A DNA stretch of 64,000 nucleotides from Bacteroidales bacterium. Its GTDB lineage: Bacteria > Bacteroidota > Bacteroidia > Bacteroidales > WRLA01. A program made the translations under genes and the position numbers. The notes under the pieces were generated by a model. The model was not told the origin of the DNA, ran no database searches, and saw nothing but the letters and a program-made list of their open reading frames with translations. Positions 1-8,276 of this stretch are shown in pieces (the stretch's first letter is position 1; the number at the start of each line of letters is the position of its first letter). The stretch lies in assembly GCA_031254805.1 (NCBI GenBank), contig JAIRTP010000078.1:21521-85520 (forward strand), in the 5' to 3' direction.

Positions 1-305
1 CAGGTCTTCCCGTTGCCGCTCCTATGACTCGGCTTGATGAAGGATATCCTTTCAGAATGCCCGGTTATAAACGCGTCGATATCGGATTGTCCAAGCAATT
101 GATCGGAGAAAAAACGCAATTTAAAGAGAAAAATCCTTTGCGCTTCTTCAAATCGATGTGGATATCATTGGAAGTATTTAACTTGCTCAATTTCAGCAAT
201 GTAATATCCTATACATGGGTACAAGACGTTAATGGACGTATTCATGGCGTTCCCAATAAATTGACTCCTCGGCAAATTAACCTCAAATTAGCAGTTTCAT
301 TCTAA
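1..305 (+). CDS. TonB-dependent receptor, C-terminal fragment (5' end outside window)
   Basis: Frame open from base 3 (GLPVAAPMTRLDEG...). Beta-strand-like alternation and terminal aromatic ...LKLAVSF are typical of TBDR barrels. Confidence 0.7.
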   Translation, partial: GLPVAAPMTRLDEGYPFRMPGYKRVDIGLSKQLIGEKTQFKEKNPLRFFKSMWISLEVFNLLNFSNVISYTWVQDVNGRIHGVPNKLTPRQINLKLAVSF

Positions 306-316
306 ACGTAAAAACA

Positions 317-574
317 ATGGATTTTTTATTGACTCTCATACTTTTTGCAATTGTATTCTTCCTGATAGCCAGAGCTATTTTAAATATCTTCATTAGAAGG
401 ACGACTCCTAAATATAATACAACCGAAAACACTGCAAATAAGAAACGATCCAGAAGAGGGAACGTAGCATATAAAGATGAAAAAACGACAGTTATATCGC
501 ACGGAGAAGAACGTTCTGAAGTGCCGAATAATTTTGGGGAATATATCGATTTTGAAGAGATTGAGAATGAATAA
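317..574 (+). CDS. DUF4834-like small membrane protein
   Basis: N-terminal TM helix, basic linker, and C-terminal GEYIDFEEI motif recalled as characteristic of Bacteroidota DUF4834. Confidence 0.65.
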   Translation: MDFLLTLILFAIVFFLIARAILNIFIRRTTPKYNTTENTANKKRSRRGNVAYKDEKTTVISHGEERSEVPNNFGEYIDFEEIENE

Positions 575-686
575 GATATTCTTTAGAAATCAATGCGCTT
601 AGCCGAATATGCAGATCAAAATCACTCAATCCAATTTTTGCATCCTAAGACTTTAATTTTCACGAGCCTTTTGCAGCTTAAAAAAG

Positions 687-719
687 AAAAACGTCTTATT
701 CGGGAGAGTAATACGTTTT
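687..719 (+). terminator. imperfect hairpin downstream of DUF4834 gene
   Basis: AAAACGTcTTA...TAAtACGTTTT stem with ~10-nt loop, one mismatch, T-run at the 3' side. Confidence 0.35.
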
Positions 720-763
720 CTAAAAACCTAAAACCATGTATGATATTATTGATGAATGTCTTA

Positions 764-792
764 TGTCTCAATTTACTGTAACAAAGTTTATG
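764..792. repeat. left copy (split) of candidate att-like direct repeat
   Basis: TGTCTCAA (764-771) + 10 nt + CAAAGTTTATG (782-792). Compare the contiguous TGTCTCAAAGTTTATG at 6572-6587. Confidence 0.3.
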
Positions 793-1031
793 AAAAAAAT
801 ATATAAATCGTTCATTTACAATTATTTTTATGCTTTAAGTTCGATGACGCTTTCTTGAATATTGTCAGGAAAGACATACGCCGTCGTTTATCTTTTTGGA
901 TCTTATGCTTCCGTATGAGAAAAAACGCATTCAGCGACAAAACAAGTAATAAAAAACCAACTTTCTTATTCATATAAACCCAAAATGTCCATTAGAATAT
1001 AATTGGTTGATAATAAACATTTATAATTCCA

Positions 1032-1060
1032 GATTTTCTAATGGATGCCATTAGAAAATC
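1032..1060. repeat. perfect 13-bp stem / 3-nt loop inverted repeat
   Basis: GATTTTCTAATGG-atg-CCATTAGAAAATC. It contains the stop codon (1051-1053) of the minus-strand ORF 1051..1554. No flanking U-tract. Confidence 0.6.
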
Positions 1061-1554
1061 GCATTTGTAATTTTCTTATAATAAGTAAAATATCGCGCAT
1101 TAATTCGTCGAAAATCAACATTTTTTTTCTTAGAAAAGAAAAGGGCAACTACAATTTCCGCTAATGCAATAATCCCCAAGTCTCTTGACTTGGGGATTAT
1201 GTATAATTCGGATTCAAATGTAGGTTGTTCGGATTGTTGGAGATGTTCAGGATGCTCAATCCTTCGATGGATAAGCGATAGTTCGAAATCAACATAAGAT
1301 AATGCTTTGTCTATGTGGCGAAGTTTATGCGCATTTTTTTCCTGCTCGTACTGAAATAGCTTCAATAGAGATACCAACTCGATACGAGTAATATTCAGCT
1401 TTCTGATAATGGTTGTGTAATCATTTCCGACTTGGCTGATAGTGTCTATATGTGCGATAAACTTTCCATAGGCATGTTGCATTTCTTCGTTTGTAGCCTC
1501 TAGTGAAGTGTCAGAAAATAATCTGAACAACTTCGATTGTGATAAATAATCCAT
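1051..1554 (-). CDS. hypothetical protein (167 aa)
   Basis: ATG-initiated ORF co-directional with the upstream HExxH gene. No motif recognised. Confidence 0.55.
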   Translation of the reverse strand: MDYLSQSKLFRLFSDTSLEATNEEMQHAYGKFIAHIDTISQVGNDYTTIIRKLNITRIELVSLLKLFQYEQEKNAHKLRHIDKALSYVDFELSLIHRRIEHPEHLQQSEQPTFESELYIIPKSRDLGIIALAEIVVALFFSKKKNVDFRRINARYFTYYKKITNAIF

Positions 1555-1722
1555 GAGCGATTCTTTTTACAAGTTAATTAAAAGTATCATTGTCAATAAG
1601 AAGTCGTCATGTTTACTTTGATTTTTTTAGTGGCTTTGTTTTTCCGAACTTAGTCCATAGGCGTAATATATTTCAATTTGGTTAATATAATCTACACTAA
1701 TAAGTAGGTTTAAGGAATATGA

Positions 1723-2988
1723 TTATTGCCTAACTATTCGATAGGTTTCATTCTCTTTGAGAACCTCCCATCCCTGATTGAGTTTAATCTCGTAATCGTC
1801 ACCTTGTACAGTATCTTGCGTTATGTTTGTTGGTGGAAGAAGATAAAAGGCTGAGCAATTATTCAGACGAACAATTCCGCTTTTTGCAGTTATCTGCCCC
1901 CATTCACCCATAACAGTTACATTACGAAGCAGTACAGCATCGCCTAGCGACACAACCCGATCATTGGGATTATACATGAAATTTATTTTTTCATTTCTTA
2001 TTATTAGCTTAGGAGTGCCAGCATTTAATAAACTCTTGAAATTATCGATGTTTCCGAAAGAGTTCAGCTCTTTTTCCTCTATTTCGAGTATCTCTTTGTA
2101 ATCATACTTGGCAAGCAGTTGGTCTAAATAATCAGTCTCGATTTCAATTTTGTAGCGGGAATCGGCTTTTTGTATCAAATAGACCAGCCCTTTGCCCAAC
2201 TCTTTGTCATAGCGCCATTGCGGAAAAATATCATCCAATATCATAGCATAAGAAGTTCCCGTTATGTATCCGAAAGCGTTTGCATAACCTTGAGATATGT
2301 TATAATTCAATCGCTTTTTCAAATACTCATGCATATCAGGCATTGACAATTTATCTCCGGTATATTCTGCCAACCCTTCATTCAGTTCATACATATCTTC
2401 GTTGTTATTCGGAAACAGCTGTTGTCGATAAACGCGAATGTACAGTGCATCGTATAAGCTGCCGGCATCTGCGTCTAAGGCTTGTTGCAGCAGCTTCATT
2501 TCGATCTGAAGCAGCGCCCGACCCTGAACCTCATCCATGTGAAAATTGTGAGACATTTCACTCTTCAGACCAAGAGCCTCCTGATGCAGGTGGAATATCT
2601 CGTGGCTCAGCAAATTTATCCGATGTTCGCATGGAACGCCCATCAAAGCAGCATGAACAATGGTAACATATTTCGTCCCTTTATGCTCAAAAATACTGTT
2701 CGCTAATGGGATCTGATTATTCCATGTCTCTTCTTTTAATGGGCGCACTACTCCGTCCTCAATGGATGTGAAAAACATCTTATTAGTCATGTGGTCAATG
2801 ATGATTATCGGGGCATTCAGAAATATGCCCCATAAGGCTTTTGATTCGGGCTTGTTCAGCAGATCGGCTGCTTGCTGTAAACTCTCCTGAAGTGTCTTGT
2901 CGCAAGAATTTTGTTGAGCATAGGTCGTCAAAGTCATTAATTGAAGTAATAAAGCTGTAATCAGCGCTCCTGTTTTTTTTCGATTCAT
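1723..2988 (-). CDS. secreted HExxH zinc-metallopeptidase-like protein
   Basis: Signal peptide (..LMTLTTYAQQ). HExxH (SHEIFHLH) plus downstream NEGLAEY glutamate motif (gluzincin-like). TAACTTTG box 30 nt upstream. Confidence 0.8.
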   Translation of the reverse strand: MNRKKTGALITALLLQLMTLTTYAQQNSCDKTLQESLQQAADLLNKPESKALWGIFLNAPIIIIDHMTNKMFFTSIEDGVVRPLKEETWNNQIPLANSIFEHKGTKYVTIVHAALMGVPCEHRINLLSHEIFHLHQEALGLKSEMSHNFHMDEVQGRALLQIEMKLLQQALDADAGSLYDALYIRVYRQQLFPNNNEDMYELNEGLAEYTGDKLSMPDMHEYLKKRLNYNISQGYANAFGYITGTSYAMILDDIFPQWRYDKELGKGLVYLIQKADSRYKIEIETDYLDQLLAKYDYKEILEIEEKELNSFGNIDNFKSLLNAGTPKLIIRNEKINFMYNPNDRVVSLGDAVLLRNVTVMGEWGQITAKSGIVRLNNCSAFYLLPPTNITQDTVQGDDYEIKLNQGWEVLKENETYRIVRQ

Positions 2989-3012
2989 TTTCTATATTGT
3001 TTTAAGTAATAC

Positions 3013-3034
3013 TTACAGCAAAGTTACAGCAAAC
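3013..3034. promoter_or_regulatory. tandem 11-bp direct repeat, candidate response-regulator site
   Basis: TTACAGCAAAG|TTACAGCAAAC (10/11 identical) in the divergent spacer between the HExxH gene and the HK/RR operon. Overlaps the -7 box of the HExxH gene. Confidence 0.4.
3019..3026 (-). promoter_or_regulatory. -7 box TAACTTTG for HExxH gene
   Basis: Matches Bacteroides TAnnTTTG consensus, 30 nt upstream of ATG 2988. Confidence 0.45.
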
Positions 3035-3046
3035 ACACTCCTTGAT

Positions 3047-3059
3047 TAGCAACTTGCTA
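3047..3059. promoter_or_regulatory. 13-bp palindrome TAGCAAcTTGCTA
   Basis: Perfect 6+1+6 inverted repeat in the same divergent spacer. Operator-like. Confidence 0.3.
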
Positions 3060-3146
3060 TTATCGAAACATTATGTGAATATTACTAAATTATTACTGTG
3101 TGAAGGTTTCTTTTGACAAAAGCGACTGTCGGGACAATAGATTTTA

Positions 3147-3154
3147 TAAATTTG
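3147..3154 (+). promoter_or_regulatory. -7 box TAAATTTG for HK/RR operon
   Basis: TAnnTTTG, 20 nt upstream of ATG 3175. Confidence 0.45.
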
Positions 3155-3174
3155 CGTCATATCGAATAAAATAG

Positions 3175-4623
3175 ATGGAAAAACGAATTAAAATAATTTA
3201 CCGTCTTACGGTCATTACTATACTTGGATTGATCTCGATTCAGGCATATTGGCTATACAATCAATATGTTTACACGCTCGATCAATATGAGGAGGAGTTG
3301 TACCAGACGATTTTAAAAACCATAGAGACGGACAGAGAGCGGCGTAGCGAATCCTCTGATGAGAACATGCAAATTATTACTCAATGGCAGATGAAAGTAG
3401 AGCAAGGAATCGGTACTAATAGACCTTCGTATACCGAATGGAGTATCGATGCCTATATAATTGACAAACGACAGGTAACGACAGCCCTGTCGCTGCAAGA
3501 GACTGACTCGCTATCGAGTTTAGGTGTCGGAGTTGAGAAACAAACCTTTGTTATCAGCGATTCGGATAACAGATTCGATGTTCATGACGCTATCAATCGT
3601 TTCATTACAAACAGACTAAGTCCTTTCAATATCGAGCGTTTTGATTCGTTACTGGCATCTGAGTTGCGATTAAAAACGATGACGATTGAAGTCTTAGATT
3701 CAATAACATGGAGTCCCATCTTAATTAAGCATACCTCTTTAATAAATCCTACAGCAGAAGTAAGATATCCTGTCGATATTTTGCAAAAAGAGCAACTGAG
3801 TATAGTCTGTGAATTGAGAACAATGCCAATACTCGGCAGAATGTTAGTCTCGCTCGTTTGTTCGGCCATTCTCTCGGCTTTGCTTCTATTTTGTCTGTTA
3901 TATCAGATCAGAACGATACGTAAACAGCATAGAATCGAGGAGCTAAGAAAAGATTTTATAAAGACTATGGCGCATGAACTCAAACGCCCTCTCTCTGCAC
4001 TGAAAATGTCTGTTTCGTTTATGAAAAATGATCGAATGATGCAAGACGTAGCGATGAAAGAGGAGGTGATACGCAACGCTCAGGATGAATTGGATAACCT
4101 CTCGTCCTATTTCTCTAAACTACGGGATTTGACTTGTGGCGAAATGGAGAAGATCCCTCTGAACGTTTCGACCTTCAGCATAAAGGAGTTAATCGAAGAG
4201 AGTATCGGCAGGCAAAATTTTCCGGCCGACCGAGAAGTGTCTGTTAATGTTCGCCTTGATGATGATACCGCCACAATTACGGCAGACAGAATGCACATCA
4301 ATAACGTGATTTGTAATTTGTTAGAGAATGCCATAAAGTACTCAATAACAGATGTTTTTATAACTGCAAATTGTTACTCGGTAGATAATCGATATAGAAT
4401 TGAGGTATCTGACAATGGTTTAGGTGTTGCTCCTTCAGAATTACCTCACCTGTTCGAACCATACTTTAGAGGTGCAGATGTTACTGACAAAGGAATATTG
4501 GGTATCGGATTGGGGCTGAGTTATGTGAAATTGTTAATCGAAGCTCATGGAGGAAAGATCTTTGCGGAGAGTAAAACAGGTGAGGGCAGCCGCTTTATTA
4601 TCGAAATACCCAAACAACAATGA
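3175..4623 (+). CDS. sensor histidine kinase
   Basis: N-terminal TM, ~190-aa extracytoplasmic region, second TM. H-box AHELKRPLSAL, N-box NLLENAIKYS, G-boxes DNGLGV and GIGLGLSYV. Confidence 0.9.
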   Translation: MEKRIKIIYRLTVITILGLISIQAYWLYNQYVYTLDQYEEELYQTILKTIETDRERRSESSDENMQIITQWQMKVEQGIGTNRPSYTEWSIDAYIIDKRQVTTALSLQETDSLSSLGVGVEKQTFVISDSDNRFDVHDAINRFITNRLSPFNIERFDSLLASELRLKTMTIEVLDSITWSPILIKHTSLINPTAEVRYPVDILQKEQLSIVCELRTMPILGRMLVSLVCSAILSALLLFCLLYQIRTIRKQHRIEELRKDFIKTMAHELKRPLSALKMSVSFMKNDRMMQDVAMKEEVIRNAQDELDNLSSYFSKLRDLTCGEMEKIPLNVSTFSIKELIEESIGRQNFPADREVSVNVRLDDDTATITADRMHINNVICNLLENAIKYSITDVFITANCYSVDNRYRIEVSDNGLGVAPSELPHLFEPYFRGADVTDKGILGIGLGLSYVKLLIEAHGGKIFAESKTGEGSRFIIEIPKQQ

Positions 4624-5297
4624 AACAACATAAAATTCTGCTGGTCGATGATGACCTCAAAAACTCGATGCTACTAAAAAAATTCATCGAAGCAGAGGGT
4701 TATGCGGTTACTTATGCGAACAACGGCCAAGTAGCTTGGGAGTTGTTTCAGTCACTAAAGCCTGATCTGGTGTTGTTGGATATCAATATGCCTGAAATGA
4801 ATGGTTTTGAGCTCGCTCAAAAAATCCGCAATACAAATACAAATGTCATCATATTCTTCCTAACAGACCGCACGGAAATATCCGACCGCCTGCATGGGTT
4901 TAACCTAAAGGGCAATGACTATATCCCCAAACCGTTCTATCCAGAGGAGTTGATTGCTAAAATGAAAGAAAGATTGGCTAATGTAAGTATTGATGAAAAG
5001 CGAATATATCAACTGGGAAAAGCTGTCTTTAATTATTCAACGTGTACATTGGAGTTGGATACAGTCACTCAAAAGATGTCGGTAAGGCAAGCCGATATTT
5101 TAAGAATATTGGCAGAAAACCTTAATTCCGTTGTCGAACGAGACTATATCTTGGATAAGGTCTGGGGATGTAATAGTTACTCAAATTCATTGTCTCTGAA
5201 TGTTCAGATTACCTATCTGCGGAAGATGTTAGAAGTCGATGCATCTCTATCAATTAATTCTATCAAAAGACGAGGGTATATACTAACAAACGAATAG
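4620..5297 (+). CDS. OmpR/PhoB-family response regulator
   Basis: Receiver domain (VDDD, LLDINMP, IPKPF) plus winged-helix C-terminus. ATGA overlap with the HK stop. Confidence 0.9.
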   Translation: MKQHKILLVDDDLKNSMLLKKFIEAEGYAVTYANNGQVAWELFQSLKPDLVLLDINMPEMNGFELAQKIRNTNTNVIIFFLTDRTEISDRLHGFNLKGNDYIPKPFYPEELIAKMKERLANVSIDEKRIYQLGKAVFNYSTCTLELDTVTQKMSVRQADILRILAENLNSVVERDYILDKVWGCNSYSNSLSLNVQITYLRKMLEVDASLSINSIKRRGYILTNE

Positions 5298-5320
5298 GAT
5301 ATAGATCCTATTCGTTTGTT
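5285..5320. repeat. perfect 16-bp stem / 4-nt loop inverted repeat
   Basis: AACAAACGAATAGGAT-atag-ATCCTATTCGTTTGTT. It contains the RR stop codon (5295-5297) and lies between the convergent RR and integrase relic. No U-tract on either strand. Confidence 0.6.
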
Positions 5321-5337
5321 ATGGTCGAGAATAACTG

Positions 5338-6571
5338 TTATATCCTTTCCGCAATCTGTTTTTCAAACGCTTCCAACTTATGCGAAAGAATTTCCATATC
5401 TTGACTGATTTTCTCTTTCGTTATCTTGGCGTAAATTTGAGTCGTTTTGATATTGGCATGCCCCATCATTCGGCTAACCGTTTCTATCGGAATTTCCTGT
5501 GAGACAGTCAATAAAGTTCCGAATGTGTGTCTGGCAGTATGATATGTCAAGCGGGTTTTAATTCCACATTGTTTAGCTATATTTTTAGTATTTTATTACA
5601 TGTGCTATTACTCGGAACAGGGAAAACTCGGTTATCTCTCGTATAACCTTCGTACTTTTCAATGATACGTTTAAGAACTTCTAATAATTTCATACTTGAA
5701 TTGGTATTTGTTTTCTGTCGGCGGGTAATTATCCATAAATGACCATCAAAAGAGGTTTGCAGGTTATCTCTTGTCAGGTTCTTTACATCTGAGTAACTTA
5801 ACCCGCAAAAACACGAAAATACGAACAAATCCCTTATCAATTCGTATTGGGCATTCTTCATTTTGGCATTGACAATTGAGTTTAGTTCCTCTTTATTAAG
5901 AAATCCTCTATCTTTGACTTCGGGACTTATCAAATAGCCTGCAAATGGATTAATAGCTAATTTTCCCGAATTGCGGGCAATAGCAACAATATGCTTAACG
6001 CCTATCATGTACATCCATATTGTATTGGTGGAACATTCTCTTTCGGTTCTCAAATAATGCTCAAGGCCATTGATAAAAGCAAGATTCAATTCTTTCAGAA
6101 ATATATCGTCTCGTTTATACTCCTGCTTGATATAGCTTTTCATGTGTTTATACAGAGTGCAATACTTGGAATATGTACCTTGTGCCCTATTATATCCGAC
6201 CTTTCGGGAAAACTCTTGATTGTGTTTTTCAAAGAGAGCTAAGAAAGTGTCTTGCTTTACGCCTAATCCGAGATAAGCGTTTTTAACCTTACCAGCCGTA
6301 ACAAAACCGTCTGTTTGCATTACTTCCTGATAATGGCGGTTAATATCCACGCGGATTTTATTCAATGTGATATTCGTTTTTACGGCTAATGTGCTTTTGC
6401 CTGTCAGCCTGCCTGCTGCTTTGGTGTCCCAAAGGTTGGGCGGAACATTCATTTTACAGCTAAATTGTGAAATTGTGCCGTCAATGGTGATTCTTCCCAT
6501 CAAAGGAACTGTTCCATCAGGTTTTGGACTGTTTTTCTTTAGATAAAAAGGATTTTAAAAGTGCTTCTCAT
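5338..6571 (-). pseudogene. tyrosine site-specific integrase, disrupted by two 1-nt frameshifts
   Basis: From ATG 6571 the frame gives MRSTFKILF then stop. The frame resumes as KKNSPKPDGTVPLMGRITIDG... (ORF 5577..6503). The C-terminal catalytic part LTYHTARHTFGT..MGHANIKTTQIYAK is in a third frame (5338..5550). Confidence 0.85.
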
Positions 6572-6587
6572 TGTCTCAAAGTTTATG
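6572..6587. repeat. right copy of candidate att-like direct repeat
   Basis: TGTCTCAAAGTTTATG immediately upstream of the integrase ATG. A related motif, TGTCTCAAAAGTT, also occurs at 16053 and inverted at 16137. Confidence 0.3.
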
Positions 6588-6713
6588 TTACAAAATTAGC
6601 TTACTTTGAGCTATAAGAGGTTATACATAATAACACAAATAACAGACAAGTAGCGACTTATAGTCTTGTTGCGTTTTTGCCTCAGGTAATGATATGGTAA
6701 TTGAGCTTTGTCT

Positions 6714-6721
6714 TACCTTTG
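6714..6721 (+). promoter_or_regulatory. orphan TACCTTTG box
   Basis: Perfect TAnnTTTG with no ORF of more than 9 aa downstream before the next box at 6916. Confidence 0.2.
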
Positions 6722-6915
6722 GCTATTGATGGCTTTTACTGTCATCAAAGAAAAATAAAATAAAAGACTTACCCGCACATTATCAATCGGTTGTCCTCGC
6801 TTGGCTAATTCTTGCTTTTAAAATTACATTCTTTATGAATTAATGTTGAAATGGACATTTTGGGATAAAATCTTTTTCCACTGCTCATTTTGTTTATTTA
6901 TTGACGAAATCTTTC

Positions 6916-6923
6916 TATTTTTG
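6916..6923 (+). promoter_or_regulatory. -7 box TATTTTTG for transglutaminase lipoprotein gene
   Basis: TAnnTTTG, 18 nt upstream of ATG 6942. This argues against the track start at 6843. Confidence 0.45.
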
Positions 6924-6941
6924 CATTCAAAAACAAGTTTT

Positions 6942-8138
6942 ATGAAGAAATCAACTTTATTATTCGTCATAACGTTTTTCTTTTTAAGTTTTTCTTGTAA
7001 AAACCAATTTTCCGATATTCCGAGAGAATACCGAAATTTATTAACGAATGCATTTGAAAAATCAGGCGACAATAAGGCGGAACTTCAAAAAGTGTTGCAA
7101 TGCGCTCCGTCGGATGAGAAAGAAGGAATGGCTTTTTTAATCTCTTATATGCCGCAAATTGATTTGAAGCATATATCGGCCGAGTTATTGTTGGACAATT
7201 GCCATTATGCCTATTTGGCAAAAGAATTTTATTCTTGGGCTCAGTCGGCGCCCGATTCAATTTTTCTCAATTATGTGTTGCCATATTACTGTTTGGATGA
7301 AAGGCGGGATAATTGGCGAGGAGACTTTTTTGAACGATTTTCAAAATATGTATCAAATTCAGACGATATTGCATCAGCCATTCAAAAAATCAATAATAAT
7401 GTTCGCGGAGAGTTGGGCGTTGAATATAGCGCCAAACGAAAAAAGGCAAATCAAAGTCCTTATGAATCTTTGGAAATAGGCATTGCATCATGTTCAGGCT
7501 TATCAATTTTATTGGTTGACGCTTTTCGTTCCGTAGGAATTCCCGCTCGAATTGCAGGCGCGCCTTTATGGTACGACGAAAGCGGAAATCATAACTGGGT
7601 TGAAGTTTGGATTGACGGAGATTGGCGCATGACGGAATATTATCCCGATCCGAAAGGGTTGGATACAAGTTGGGTTATTGAGAAAGCGGGACAATGCGAT
7701 CCGAACAGTAGAAAAAAAGCAATTTACGCGGCTTCTTTTCGCCCGACGGGAATTTCTTTTCCATTGGCTTGGGACAGTACAATTTCATGGGTTTACGCTA
7801 CGAATGTATCAGATCGTTATATCAAACTTTTGGAAGCTGAAAAAACCGATAGAAAAATCGGGAAGAATGAATCCATGGTAAAAATATGGGTATTAAATGA
7901 AAATGCGAAAGTCGTAACAAGTTCTAACCGAATTTCAAGCAAAGTCGATATTTTTGAGGATAATAAAATTGTGGCAAGCGGCTATTCTCCGGATTATAAA
8001 AGAGACATGAACGATCTCCTTCACTTTATTTTAGAGAGAGAAAAGCCATACGTTATCAAATATGTAGATGCATCCGGTAGAGAAAAAAGAAAAGATTTTG
8101 AAGTTTTTAACGCTATTGATACGATACTTTTATATTAG
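6942..8138 (+). CDS. transglutaminase-core lipoprotein (398 aa)
   Basis: Start moved to MKKSTLLFVITFFFLSFSC (lipobox). Cys/His/Asp core GIASCSG...GNHNWVEVWIDGDW with the GIPAR motif. Confidence 0.85.
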   Translation: MKKSTLLFVITFFFLSFSCKNQFSDIPREYRNLLTNAFEKSGDNKAELQKVLQCAPSDEKEGMAFLISYMPQIDLKHISAELLLDNCHYAYLAKEFYSWAQSAPDSIFLNYVLPYYCLDERRDNWRGDFFERFSKYVSNSDDIASAIQKINNNVRGELGVEYSAKRKKANQSPYESLEIGIASCSGLSILLVDAFRSVGIPARIAGAPLWYDESGNHNWVEVWIDGDWRMTEYYPDPKGLDTSWVIEKAGQCDPNSRKKAIYAASFRPTGISFPLAWDSTISWVYATNVSDRYIKLLEAEKTDRKIGKNESMVKIWVLNENAKVVTSSNRISSKVDIFEDNKIVASGYSPDYKRDMNDLLHFILEREKPYVIKYVDASGREKRKDFEVFNAIDTILLY

Positions 8139-8220
8139 CATCTCGTCGAAATCATATTACGATGCGAATAAATTCAACTTTCTGATTTATAGACTTTTTA
8201 ATTTCTGAATGAATAGATAA

Positions 8221-8256
8221 AAAACAGGCCGTCAAAGATCGGACGGCCTGTTTTTG
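8221..8256. terminator. bidirectional rho-independent terminator
   Basis: AAAACAGGCCGTC-loop-GACGGCCTGTTTTT, with an A-run and a T-run flanking a GC-rich stem, between convergent genes. Confidence 0.8.
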
Positions 8257-8276
8257 AAATAATTTCTTATATTGAT

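Larger units (their letters stand above)
764..6587. mobile_element. candidate decayed integrative island (integrase relic plus cargo)
   Basis: Frameshifted tyrosine integrase at the right end. Imperfect direct repeat at 764-792 and 6572-6587. Flanked by core-looking genes. Confidence 0.35.

Noticed and set aside
593-781. Intergenic ORFs of 60-75 aa (593..781, 47486..47707, 48758..48976, 16142..16345, 23373..23567).
   Set aside because: They have no motifs and odd composition. They overlap terminators, promoters or neighbouring genes, so they are probably not coding.
812-973. 53-aa minus-strand ORF MNKKVGFLLLVLSLNAFFLIRKHKIQKDKRRRMSFLTIFKKASSNLKHKNNCK at the left edge of the island.
   Set aside because: The N-terminus looks like a signal peptide but the rest is a basic low-complexity tail. 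There is no promoter box and no way to test conservation here. Noted only as a possibility.
1051-1554. Idea that the 167-aa protein is an RteC-like regulator (by analogy with rteA-rteB-rteC of CTnDOT).
   Set aside because: My recalled RteC sequence features (FFK..KP, ..LKWT.SK..L.ELIYAL..) do not align convincingly. The adjacent RR is OmpR-type, not the NtrC-type RteB.
2280-2666. Long antisense ORFs inside well-supported genes. Examples are 2280..2666, 24599..25135, 26506..27147 (213 aa), 31018..31572, 37179..37583 and 49196..49639.
   Set aside because: Each lies fully within a gene with clear family motifs on the other strand. Their translations are low-complexity or hydrophobic shadows with no motifs. 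This is typical shadow-ORF behaviour.
6843-6941. N-terminal extensions in the ORF track (6843, 11869, 18011, 23282, 33005, 33250, 37940, 38698, 39467, 48174, 56043, 63929).
   Set aside because: Many begin at TTG translated as M, overlap the previous gene, or run through a TAnnTTTG box. A downstream ATG gives a canonical signal peptide or conserved N-terminus.
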